Below are positions 23,645 through 35,198 of a stretch of DNA of 64,000 nt, one piece after another. The DNA is taken from NCBI RefSeq assembly GCF_001194135.2, contig NC_068981.1, forward strand, positions 53,832,025 through 53,896,024. Direction: 5' to 3'. This stretch comes from Octopus bimaculoides. Its lineage: Eukaryota. The position numbers and the translations under genes were made by a program. How positions within the stretch are numbered: position 1 is the first letter of the stretch; every line of letters begins with the position of its first letter. The notes below the pieces were generated by a model that had not been told where the DNA came from, made no database searches, and worked only from the letters and a program-made list of their open reading frames with translations.

Positions 23645-25489
23645 CAACATTTTTTTATAAAAGAATAAATAGATATGTACAGAAGAAGTATTGAGTAATC
23701 CTTCAGTTTGATATGAGTTGTTTTTTTTTGTAACTTCACATAAAAGCAAGCATTTAGATAGAGACAGACTTTAAATTGAGCTAGGGCCTATGAAAGTAAT
23801 CTGCCCCAGTTCCACAGAACTACTTCACAAACATACTTTGTGTCTTCTTTTGCTTACGTGTGGTAGGTTTTTGTTGTTGTTTTGTTTTGTTTTCAGAGTT
23901 TCACTCTTCATACATTTCTTCATTTCATGTACATGGGACTACATATATGTTTCCTGATTGAATATATCTATTAGTGGCGACTCCGGTACTCGGGCTTAAC
24001 CCGAGTATAAATTTAGTAAAGCGAACGTGTATTTGCAAGCTGATTTAATTTCTGCTAACACTGACTTCAAGTGTGTAATTGCAGCCAATAACCCAGGCTC
24101 CTTTTATTGAGCCTGGTCGCAGTTGTTATTTTCGTTCAGCGTCTGGCAATCGTTTTAGATGTATGGCGGTCGTCTGTGTCAAAAAATATCATTCGTAGCA
24201 GACGTTCTCTTGACATCGTTCACATGCACCTGACTCCGGTTTAGAAGTTACAGCCCTAGTTGTTATCTATAGTCGTAAAAATTAAAAGTGATTCAAATTC
24301 AATTTTTTCTTAAAACAATAAATTTCTATAGAGATTAGGATTTAAATTCCAATCAATGAAAAGTTTTCATTCTACAATATTCTTAAAGGAACGAAATATT
24401 ATCCAGCAACTCGGGCTAATACGAACGAGTCTTGTAGGTGTAAAAGACTAACTGACATCTCTTCTCAAGAATACAGGCGACTGTCAGATCGCTGATGTTT
24501 GTTGTGCACCCTGCTATCGTTATTTGATTGCTGTTATTGTGTGCGTCTGTGTGTAAAGATCGGTTGTGTTTTGCAGGGTTGCTTTATTTTTACTCTTAAC
24601 TTAGAAATGGAGAAAGACATAGTGCTTGATATAAAAAAAAACAAGCCATTTGGGATTTGAAATATTGCGAGAAAACCTGAAATTCTTCGAGCAGGCATTG
24701 TCTTATGCGAAATCTATGAAGAGCCCGAGTGACGCTGATGACCTGGAGTCGCCTCTGATATCTGTGTATATGCATGTGTATGTGTATACTGTCAAGTCTG
24801 TACCCCACATCTTAACACCCTCTCATCTCCCTGTCACTCATTTCCTTCTTTCTCTTATCTATTTCATTAATCTCTATCATTCATGTCATTTGTATAAAGA
24901 TAGATGATAGGAAACCTGTGGATACTTTATCCCCTTTTCATTTTACTTTTTCCCATCACAAGTCCTATATATAAGAGATTGCTTTAGATCTGTTATTCCT
25001 AATGCACTCTATCTCTACCCTTTCTGCCCTGCCAGTCATCACTCTCTCTCTCTCACCCCTAATCAGCCCGATTGTACCATCATACTCGTCTTTCTTCCAC
25101 CCATTCTGTTCTATCACTTTCTTGGTCACATTGTACACATTTATGTGTCCTGAGTACTTTTAACTCCTTTGGGGTACAAGGAAACCCTTCTTGTGCTGGT
25201 GTTACAACATAATGCATCCAGTATACTTTCAAAATGGATAGTGAAAGAACCCCTTCTTTTCCTCCTCTCCCACCCAAAGTTATCTGGTATTAGCATTTAT
25301 TATCCACTCCTGTTATTAATGTTCCTGTATCCATCACTACCACCTCTTCTACCATCCTCTCATCCCAAGCCCTCTGTTCCTACCAATCATAGCCCTTCTC
25401 CCCATCCACCCGTCTTTGTTCTATCATCACTGTCTCTTCTATTTAGCTCCTCAGCCACATAGAACTGAGTGAAGAAACACTTATAGAGT

Positions 25490-25918
25490 GACAACCCCAC
25501 TATTGTTGGACCTTTATAAGGAGCATAGGGCTGCTTTCCCTGTTTCTCTGGTGTATATATTCCTCTCTGGAAGGGACATCAGTCTGTCACAGGATTACAC
25601 ATTTTTACCAGTTCAGTGGGCTGGAGCAATGTGAAATTATGTGTGCTCAAGAACAGCTATTCTTGTGTCTTCAGAGTACTTAAACACCAAATCTGAATCT
25701 TTCACAAAATGCAGTCAGTTAAACAAATATCAACTTAAAGTTTGAAAATTTACATCAGCACTAAACAGATCTACATTATGCTATTAAATAATCCCTTTTT
25801 CATCTGATTCAGCTTCCATTTTTCCTTATATTCAATGAAATCACCTGATTCAGGAATTGAAATCACAATCTTACGATCATGAGTTCAACACCCTAACCAC
25901 TAAGCCATGTGCCTCCAC
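25490..25918 (-). mobile_element. tRNA-derived SINE family D, decayed and interrupted
   Basis: Head at 25850-25918 (- strand GTGGAGGCACATGGCTTAGTGGTTAGGGTGTTG...TTTCAATTCC, A/B-box-like); body at 25490-25665. Confidence 0.55.
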
Positions 25919-26342
25919 AATTATAATTAATAGCCTGTAAAAATTTATGAAACATTTTAGTGGGACTCATTTCACAGGGGAAAAAAGTTGTTTAAGATTC
26001 TGACTAGGAATAGTCATCTGAGGGTTTCATTAGATAAAATAGTTGATCTAGGGACTGAACACTATCTAAATATTGTCTGAAAGTACCATTTACACAATGT
26101 AATCAGCATATCACCCAGTAACAATTAGGCTTAATCAGAAGTTATGATCACCTCATTACTTGATGAAAGAAGGAAGTCAAGAGGTAAAGGAAATTGACTA
26201 AAAAAGATACTTGTCAAAGGGCACTTGCAAAAAATATTGTCTCCAATTCACAGTTTTTCAAGTTTTCTATTGGACATTTGTCTGACACTTCTTAGGCCAG
26301 TTGGTATATTGCTTGCTTCATATTAAAGTTTTATTATTATTA

Positions 26343-26530
26343 TTCGGCGGGCAAAATGCTTGGCAGCATTTCGTCCGTCTTTACGTTCTGAGTTCAAATT
26401 CCACCAAAGTTGACTTTGCATTTCATCCTTTCGGAGTCGATAAAATAAGTACCAGTTGAGTACTGGGGTTGATAAAATCAACTATCCCCTCCTCCAGAAT
26501 TTCGAGCCTTGTGCCTTTTAGTAGAAAGGA
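26343..26530 (+). mobile_element. tRNA-derived SINE family A
   Basis: CGGGCAAAATGCTT..CAGCATTTCGTCCGTCTTTACGTTCTGAGTTCAAATTCC...TAGTAGAAAGGATTATT with (TTA)n tail. Confidence 0.85.
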
Positions 26531-27326
26531 TTATTATTATTATTATTATTATGCTCCCAACTTTTCCCTTTCAACATTGTTATACCCTCTCACCTGCCTC
26601 CTAACTCATATGTATTATTGGTCGTCCCTCGATCATTGCCCAATTTCTACAGTCATCATCTACTCCTTTTCCCCTACTTATCCTTCAACGCTTGTTCTTC
26701 ATTATATTCACCCTCTTATCCATTTTCTCTTTCTAACCATCTTGCACTCCCACTTAACTTCCTGTCTTCCTCTCTCCACCTACCACATAGCTTAAGCGTC
26801 CACCATGACATTGCATCACTACTATTTTGCCTCTTTCCAGCTCCACCTTGGTCACTCCCACCCTCTTTTCTATAATACGAGTTGCCATGTAGTTCCTATA
26901 CTGTAAGAAATGTGTTCTGTTCTGGCCCTTCTCCTTATACTTTAACCCCTCACGCTCATTTCTTCGCATAAAATTGCCTCCTTCTCTACTGTAGCCTCAC
27001 TCACTTGAAGAGGAACTTAGTTTTCACAAGCTGCATCACAACCTCATTAGTGCTGGTACCTTGAAAAAAATACCCTGTACATACTGTAAAGTTGTTGACA
27101 TTAGGAAGGGTATGCAGCCCTAGAAATATGCAAAAGCAGGCATAGAGTAGAGTGTGATCCTTGGACCCATTGTGTCTTGTCAAAACCATCTAACAACCCA
27201 TGTCAGGATGGAATGTGGACATCAAATGATGGCAACAATTTTATATATTTATACACACACACACACACATATATATATAGGATACAATGGGTCCGAGGAC
27301 TGCACTATGCTCTCTCTCTCTCTCTG

Positions 27327-27367
<41 letters not shown>

Positions 27368-27370
<3 letters not shown>

Positions 27371-27593
27371 CCCATCAAGTCAAGTTAGTTCATAGTCATG
27401 CCAGATACTGTCACTCAAGTGGCTCCGTGCCGGTGGCACGTAAAAGCACCCATTACACTCTCGGGGTGATTGGCATTAGGAAAGGCATCCAGCTGTAGAA
27501 ACTAAGCTAAATCACACTGGTGCAGCCCTAGTCAAACCGTCCAACCCATGCCAGTATGGACAACGAACGTTAAATGATGGTGATGATGATGAT
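27368..27593 (+). mobile_element. RTE 3' tail
   Basis: GTGCCGGTGGCACGTAAAAGCACCC...GGCATCCAGCTGTAGAAAC...CGTTAAATGATGGTGATGATG. Confidence 0.8.
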
Positions 27594-28016
27594 TATGAAT
27601 TGGCTCCTTTCAGTTTCCATCTGTTAAATCCACTCATATGGCTTTGGTTGGCCCTGGGCCTATAATAGAACACTCACCAAGGTACCAGACGCTAGAACTG
27701 GACCCAACGCCACGTAAGAGAGAAGTGAACCTCTCAATCACATACCCATACCTATATATATGTTATTGCAAATTTGGTATTTTACCAATAAGACCACAAC
27801 TTCAATTTCAGGACAACCTTATTTTCTGGAGTACACATAGAAAGTTATATCCAAAATACTAATCTAATATAATAATTTTAAATCCTAATATATCGTACAA
27901 TAAAATAAAGTACATTAGAATTAATTAAAAATTATATAAACACATTTTAAAAATATATATATATATATACCTTACCTGTTATTAGTCTGTGGGGAAAGAA
28001 GATAATATTAATCAAC

Positions 28017-28094
28017 GCTACACGTGTTTCTGCGCTGGTGATTTGTTTTACTAGGCTATACCTAATACATAAATCCACCAGTGCGTCCTCAGGC
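28017..28094 (-). ncRNA. Minimal type I hammerhead ribozyme motif (degenerate)
   Basis: - strand: CTGAGGA (28092-86), long stem II GCACTGGTG/CACCAGCGC with a C.A mismatch at 10.1-11.1, GAAA (28030-27), palindromic ACACGTGT stem III, GTA triplet (28021-19). Stem I is only 2 firm bp. Confidence 0.5.
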
Positions 28095-28217
28095 TATTTT
28101 TCTTTATATTATTATTATTAACGGATCCTACTTAATCATACAAATTCTAAGATATCTTCATTAAAACTAAGAATAAAAATAAAAATTTCTATATAACTTC
28201 CTAATATATATACACAC

Positions 28218-28560
28218 GGTGGAGGCGCAATGGTTAGGGCAGCGGACTCGCGGTTTCGATTCCCAGACCGGGCGTTGTGAGTGTTTATTGAGAGAAAACA
28301 CCTAAAGCTCCACGAGGCTCCGGTAGGGGATGGTGGCGAACCCTGCTGTATTCTTTCACCACAACTTTCTCTCACTCTTACTTCCTGTTTCTGTTGTGCC
28401 TGTAATTCAAAGGGTCAGCTGAATATCCCCGAGAACTACGTTAAGGGTACACGTGTCTGTGGAGTGCTCAGCCACTTGCACGTTAATTTCACGAGCAGGC
28501 TGTTCCGTTGATCGGATCAACTGGAACCCTCGACGTCGTAAGCGACGGAGTGCCAACAAC
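28218..28560 (+). mobile_element. tRNA-derived SINE family E, CpG-intact
   Basis: GGTGGAGGCGCAATGG..TTAGGGCAGCGGACTCGCGGTTTCGATTCCC head (B-box GTTTCGATTCC), ~340-bp body ending in (CAA)n. Confidence 0.8.
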
Positions 28561-29464
28561 ATATACACACACACACACTACATGTGTATATAGTGTGCAC
28601 TTGTATCTACGTATGTAGGTATATGAGTGTGCGTATATACTGAAAATGTTTTCTTTTTATTAATGTAGAACTGTTAAATGGAATTGCACACCACTTTATC
28701 ATACATATACACTTTAGTGTGTGTGCGTGCGCGCGCACACATATATATAATTCTGTACTTGACAATGTAGCTGCAGAAACATTTTAGTTTTATTACTCTC
28801 TTTAATTAACCTTTTTTAACTGTTGCATTGCTTGCCTACTTTCTTCCTTTAAACGTTTTTTTTTGCTGTACCCGTTCTTATATAGCTAATATTTCACTTT
28901 ACTTGTTTTGACAGCATTTACACGCACTCATTCATATACACACGCACTCCAACACATTTTCTCTCTGAAAAAGATTGAATGTGTTCATTAACTACACTGG
29001 GGTAACAGGAAGTGTTAAACTGATTCATAATATGAAGTTCTTAAGTGTGTTTAACGATTTCCCCTTCAGTGTAAATGTTGCCAATTAACTCGAAACCGGC
29101 GTCTGAGTCTGGCAGAGATAGTGATGGTAGGGGATGAAAGTCTAAGCTGTCTCTTTGATCTTTGAACTGCCGTTGTTGCAGCCTCTTTGATCTTTGGCTT
29201 CGTTTGTTGTTGCAGCCATTACTGTTTTCATTGGCACTGCACTCAACCTGCCGCTTTTCTAGTTAACATCACAGCCATGGTGGACTGGGAGACATTCCTG
29301 TTAACTGTGTGTACTGGGGTCTATTTATTTGAATCCTCCCTCTCCCTAAATGTGTGTCCTTGAGTCTACATTAGAAATAATCACCATCATTATTGTTATT
29401 ATTATTAGGAGGGGAGATCTAACAAAATCATTAGAGCATACGATAAAACACTATGTGGTATTTC

Positions 29465-29680
29465 TTCTGGTTCTTTACATTCTGGTTTCAAATCTTGCTG
29501 AGCTCAACTTTGCTTTTCATCCTTTCAGAGTCGGTAAAGTACCTGCCAAGTACTGGGATCAAGTACCTTTCATCCTTTCAGAGTCAATAAAAGAAAATAT
29601 TAATCAAGTATTGGGGTGGAAGGCATTGACTAATCCCTCCCGCTAAAATTACTGGACTTGTTTCAAAATTTGAAACAATT
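29465..29680 (+). mobile_element. SINE family A, decayed
   Basis: TTCTTTACATTCTGGTTTCAAATC...CAACTTTGC.TTTCATCCTTTC...ATTATTATT. Confidence 0.65.
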
Positions 29681-29914
29681 ATTATTATTGTTATTCTTGC
29701 TTAACACACCAACTGGAGATTCTAACAAAGTGTCAGCTGTCCATAACCAATGGACTAAGGTAACATGTTTCATTCAGATTGAGAACCCAACTGAGAATCC
29801 ATGCAGTTCCAAGAAACACAATCTTCTGTAGATGTTATGTCTTCACATGTACTCCTAAGTTCTGTCCATGTAAGACATAAGCTCAGTCTTTTAGCTTTCC
29901 ATATTTTTTCTCAA

Positions 29915-30100
29915 AAATGTTTAGCAGCATTTCATCATTCTTTATGTTCTGAGTTCAAATTCCGCTGAAGTCAACTTTGCCTTTCATCCTTTAAAATTTG
30001 ATAAAATAAGTACCAGTTGAGCTCTGGAGTTGAAGTAATCAACTATTCTCCTCCACAAAAATCTCAGGCCTTGTGTCTATAGTCAAAAGGATTATTATTA
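29915..30100 (+). mobile_element. SINE family A, decayed
   Basis: AAAAATGTTTAGCAGCATTTC...TGTTCTGAGTTCAAATTCC...GGCCTTGTGTCTATAGTC.AAAGGATTATT. Confidence 0.75.
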
Positions 30101-31768
30101 TTAGTGCATTGAAGTTGATACAAATGATAAGGAATTGTATTAAATAGATTTAGGATATTGTTCAATGACTCATATTTTAGAGCAATTTTTGTTTTCAATC
30201 CCTCGAAGGTTTATATATAAGTACCAGAAAATAATGGTCTCGATTCAGTAGACTGCACCCATCTTTTGTTAAGGTTATTATAAGACAGGCTTGATGTTTC
30301 CACTTTTTCTTTTTTCCTCGTTCACATCTAATACAATGTATTAAATGTAATGAAGATATCTATTCATATAGATTAAAATATTCATATCTACTGCTCTTTG
30401 TAAAAGTGTAGCTTAGTGGGTTCTATCTATTTCTCTTGTAATCTCTAACTGAAGACCTCTTAAATTTGTCCTGTATGTATTTTACCCTCACTATAACCTA
30501 CACTTATTATCAGTCTCTTTCTTTTCTTCTTCATAAATCTAATTCATTAATGACTTACTCTTAAGTCATATATAGAACAAACAGTTTGCATAATTTATTG
30601 GAAACTATTTCTGTAGTTGGTGAAACATTAAATGGACACTTGTTGCCCTGGCTCAAAGTTGAATAAAGGAAGCACAGAAGAGTATTGAGTGTGCTGTTAT
30701 TGTTGAATAGGAACTGTTTAATTATTGATTGATAATTATTCGAATCATTCTGGGTGTAGGCTGTATTCTAATGACTCATCACATGTGAAAAACTGAATAA
30801 AATATGCATAATATGTGTGGGTGTATTGAGTTTAAAGGGATCTTTCATTACGGCTTTACAAGAGAAGTAACTAAAACCAACGAGGTTACACTTTTACACA
30901 GAGAATAAATATGAATATTTTAATATTGTGTACAAATATTTTCACTAGATTACCCTCAAGTCAATGAATTAGATATAATTTTAACTCTTTTTCTTTTTCT
31001 ATAATTAATATGTTTAGAGAGCTAATTTTCAAAGCTTGAGTATAGGTACAAACTATTCTGTAATAGTCATCACCATGAACAATAGGTGAATATGACTAGA
31101 AATATGAATTAAAGACTTTATTCAATCAGTTATATTCATGCCAGTCTGTTGAAAGAGAGTTAACTGATGAGATCATCAAACAACTTTATTTCTGAAAACC
31201 TAACAAAGGAGCTGGACCAAATAGCATTCAGGTTGCTGCTGCTTCTGCTCCTGCAACTACTACTACTACTACTACTCAGAAATAGTCTACTTCTAATTAA
31301 ATGGTGTCCCTACAATCAAACTCTTCAATAACTTTTATCTGAAATCAGTAATAATCCTTAATTTACATAGTTGAATGATTATCAATTTTCAGGAAACAAA
31401 ATGTTGATATGCATTTCAGCGCATTTGTTGTTGTTTATCTTCAAACTAACCTTGTTCAAGCATACCATTGAGCAAAGTCCTTCCTGTTGCTAGTGTCCCA
31501 TTTTAAGATTGTATAGGACTGTTTTTTTACTGTTCTTTCATCACTTCATGTAGTGAGAGGATATAATATAAAGGAATTTGGTGGCTGAGCTATCTTCTCT
31601 TCATAATGAACTGCATAAAGGAAATATTCAGAGCTCATTAACCTAGTAGAGCCTTGAACATCAGGATACTTTTTAGAATAGGAAAATAAACTGTAGTGTT
31701 TATATGGTTATGTCTCACTGTGCAATATATCTAATTGAAAAACTTTGATTAACTGAGACTATTAATAC

Positions 31769-32312
31769 CAGTGGCTCTCAACCATTTTTTTTTATCTATG
31801 AACCCCTTTGATTACTGTTTTATTCAGGTGATACCCATCCAACCAGCCATTTGATGTTTAACCCTTTATTTAGCATGCAAATTATTCTGTCAAATATATA
31901 CTTATTTATTCACATTGTTTTGAATTAATCACAACTTATCTTGTAACTTCAAGATTTTGATGATGTGATTGTTCGTTTTTAGAATGTCATTGTCAGTAGG
32001 TGTAAGAGGCCAGATCTGGCTGGTTTGAGTATAACACAGAAAGAATATTTGGATTGGTTATGGCCAGTTTAAATGCTAAGGAGTTAGAAACTAGTTTTAT
32101 AGATACTTCTTTCAAAATTCTTATTTTGTTATTAACTTGTGGAAGCTGAACTGTGTAAAATGTTTGAGAAAGAAAGTTGATTGTTTCCTGCAATAAATAC
32201 ATGAAAAGCAAACCTTTTCATGGACCTTTAAAATACTACTGTGGATTCTCAATTTACTATTTTGCTAGTGTGGACCCCCAGGGGTCATACGGACCCTAAT
32301 TGAGACCCACTG
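31769..32312. mobile_element. hAT (Charlie-type) MITE carrying a nested insertion
   Basis: TIRs CAGTGGCTCTCAA / TTGAGACCCACTG; degenerate 8-bp TSD ATTAATAC / ATCTGTAC. Confidence 0.7.
31862..32083. mobile_element. piggyBac-type MITE nested in the hAT MITE
   Basis: TTAA|CCCTTT...AAATGCTAAGGAG|TTAG; interior is the reverse-complement homolog of 32357-32537 (shared GGCCAGATCTGGCTGG). Confidence 0.65.
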
Positions 32313-32356
32313 ATCTGTACAATTACTATATAAAATCTCCATCTAAGAGTGTTTAA

Positions 32357-32537
32357 CCCTTTAGCATTTAAACTGGCCCTATCTGACCCAAATATTCTAC
32401 CTGTTTTATGTTCAAACCAGCCAGATCTGGCCACTTACATCATCAACATCTGAAAGCTGTGAGATAATGTATGATTTAATTCCAAACAATGTGAATACAA
32501 GCAATACATTTAACATAGTAATCTAAATGCTAAAGGG
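32357..32537. mobile_element. piggyBac-type MITE
   Basis: TTAA|CCCTTTAGCATTTA ... TAAATGCTAAAGGG|TTAA: perfect 14-bp TIR with TTAA TSD. Confidence 0.85.
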
Positions 32538-32699
32538 TTAAAATCTAAAAGCAGCAAACAAAGAGATAACTCTATAAAATAACTTAAAATGTAGGAAATT
32601 CAGTGTGGTAGTTAAACAAATGGACAAGATTCAGGTTCATTGGCTCTCTTCAATGAAGTATATTCTATTTATTTGGCAAGTGTAAGACTGATCAATATA

Positions 32700-33065
32700 C
32701 ATATCTGGTTATGAAGTTTGCTTTTCCCAGCCACATGATTTCAGGTTCAACCCCAGTGTGTAGTACCTTGGGAAAATGTTTCCTGCTGTGCCCTTGGCTG
32801 ACCAAACCCTTGTGAGTAGATTTGACAGGAACTGAAAGAAGCCTGGTGTGTGTTTGTCCTTGTTTTGACATTGCATGATTGTTGTAAATGAATGTCATTA
32901 ATTTCCAAAATTCTGAAAAAAACAATTGTGGCCATGGAAAAATATTACCTTTCTTGGAAATTAGTAAGGGTTGGCAACAGGAAGGGCACCCACCTCCTAT
33001 AGAAATTTCTCTCAATAAATTCTGTCCACCAAACGCAAGCATCAAAATGTGACATTAAAACAATG
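32700..33065 (+). mobile_element. SINE family B head joined to an RTE-like tail
   Basis: Family B core at 32700-32845, then a tail with GGCAACAGGAAGGGCACCCA..TAGAAA...GACATTAAAACAATGA resembling the RTE 3' end. Confidence 0.55.
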
Positions 33066-33097
33066 ACTGATATATATATATATATATATATATATTT

Positions 33098-33300
33098 TCT
33101 ATGCTGGCAAGGGTTGGATGATTTGACAGAGGCTGGCAAGCCAGAAGACTATACCAGGTTTCACTGTCTGTTTTGGCTTGGTTTGTACAGCTGGATGCCC
33201 TTCCTAATGCCAACCACTTTATTGAGTGGACCGAGTGCTTTTTACATGGCCCCAGCTCCAGCAAGATCTGCTTTCGCAGAGTTTTTACGGCTGGATGCCC
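33098..33300 (-). mobile_element. RTE 3' tail fragments
   Basis: Two partial CAGCTGGATGCCCTT motifs. Confidence 0.7.
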
Positions 33301-33629
33301 TTATACTGATTATATCCACATGCACTCACACTCACACACACACACACACACACACAGATGTATATATTTTTGTTATTCATAAACAACATCTCTACATGTT
33401 CTCTATTTCTGCATAATTCATTCAATCTCACTATTTATGAAGGCAAGGTCGAATGCATGCTTATCAAATATATTTATGGGAGTTATTTACAATTTTATTA
33501 AGCACATGTTATCTTAGTAATTATTGTCTATGTTCTGCCAGTCAAAGTATCAATAATATGTATCAATGAGTAAAATTAGTACTTGTTACTTGTAGCATTT
33601 TTTATAAGTAGTCCCAAGCCTTTTCCTTT

Positions 33630-33672
<43 letters not shown>

Positions 33673-34204
33673 GAACACAAGGGAACAGCTTTGATAGGAT
33701 AGAATAGCCAGATAGAGCAAGCCTGTTCTTGGAGTAGTCCACAGTTCTGCAGAGAACCTTACAGTTGTGTTATAGGGTCTGTTTGTGCAGCAAAGCTAAA
33801 TATGTGTGTGTGTGAGCTTATTTATATTTTATCACTATGCTAAAATATATTATCAATGCGCATACTCTGACTCAGTGACTTTAGCTATTCTACTATACAC
33901 ACATGCACATTTGTATAGGCACAGGCATACCTTTGTTGTTAAGATGTACATTTTCCCAATGTGATGCTCAGTAGAAGTAGAAGCAAACCTGGAGCCATAT
34001 GAAAATTGAAGATCTTAACTATGCAAGTATGAACGTGCCATTTTAAAATACATGTTGAGTCTCTTGTGCTTATGGCCATTATTTTTGCCTCAGTGATAAC
34101 AACTACACATTAAGGATTAGAAATAGACTACAGAAAAATCTTTTATCTGATCACCACTTACATTGATAGATTACTCAACTGTTCTCAGTTGATTTTGTCT
34201 CCAT

Positions 34205-34447
34205 TCATCATCATCATCATCATCATCGTTTAACATCCGCTTTCCATGTTAGCATGGGTTGGACGGTTTGACTGAGGACTGGTGAAACCAGATGGCTACA
34301 CCAGGCTCCAATCTGATTTGGCAGAGTTTCTACAGCTGGATGCCCTTCCTAACGCCAACCACTCCGAGAGTGTAGTGGGTGCTTTTACGTGCTACCGGCA
34401 CGAAGGCCAGTCAGGCGGTACTGGCAACGGCCACACTCAAAATGGTG
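34205..34447 (-). mobile_element. RTE 3' tail, young copy
   Basis: (CAT)n plus sequence near-identical to 1526-1699 and 2827-3070. Confidence 0.88.
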
Positions 34448-35119
34448 TATTAATCAAAATCAAAATTGATCTGCAACACACTGTTTATTTTATTTTTCTA
34501 ATGAAGCAAATGTATATTTTTGGAGGAAATTACCAATTATATTTTTCTTATTGCCTTCATGCAGTTCTTTCTAACAAGAATTATAAAAAAAAAAGATTAT
34601 AAGATTATTTAAACATATGACTAGATGATGATAATAATAATAATAATAATACATAGAATCCTTCAGCATTTTTGATATCTGTAGGCTTGACTTAAAAATC
34701 CCCACATGAATGTAGATTTCCTGATGGATATGTGCAAAAGTTTTAGCATGATTTGTTAAAATATCATCCAGTCGGTAAGTTTTCTTTGATTTACTTCTCT
34801 TAATAGAAGTCCCACTGGCATGTTTTATAGCCGTCTGCCAGACTTTTCCTGATCTTGTGTTTGCCAAGGAAGATTTACAAATAAACTGATTCTTATTAAA
34901 AAAAAAAAGAATGGAAAGAAGAGAAACTTGCACTGTCAGTTGCTGATACAGTTTTAATCCCAGCATCTGGAAACTGACTAAATTTGGATTGCTACTTTAT
35001 CATAATATTCTCTCCAATTGATCAGTAGAGAATGACAGTGAATATTGAGAAAGCAATTTGGTAGACCTATTTCAATATGTGCTTACTAACTAATAGTAAA
35101 AAGATGGCATACATTATCT

Positions 35120-35151
35120 ATCTGTCTGTCTATCTATCTATCTATCTATCC

Positions 35152-35198
<47 letters not shown>
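35120..35198. repeat. (TCTA)n microsatellite
   Basis: Direct reading. Confidence 0.9.

Noticed and set aside
28218-28270. tRNA-like sequences (also at 25850-25918, 55810, 60262)
   Set aside because: They are SINE heads with incomplete cloverleaves continuing into repeat bodies, not tRNA genes. Assignment to the published octopus OK/OR1/OR2 families was not attempted without a search.
29090-29106. CGAAAC-CGGC-GTC, resembling a hammerhead 3' half
   Set aside because: No CUGANGA upstream or downstream in any permutation.
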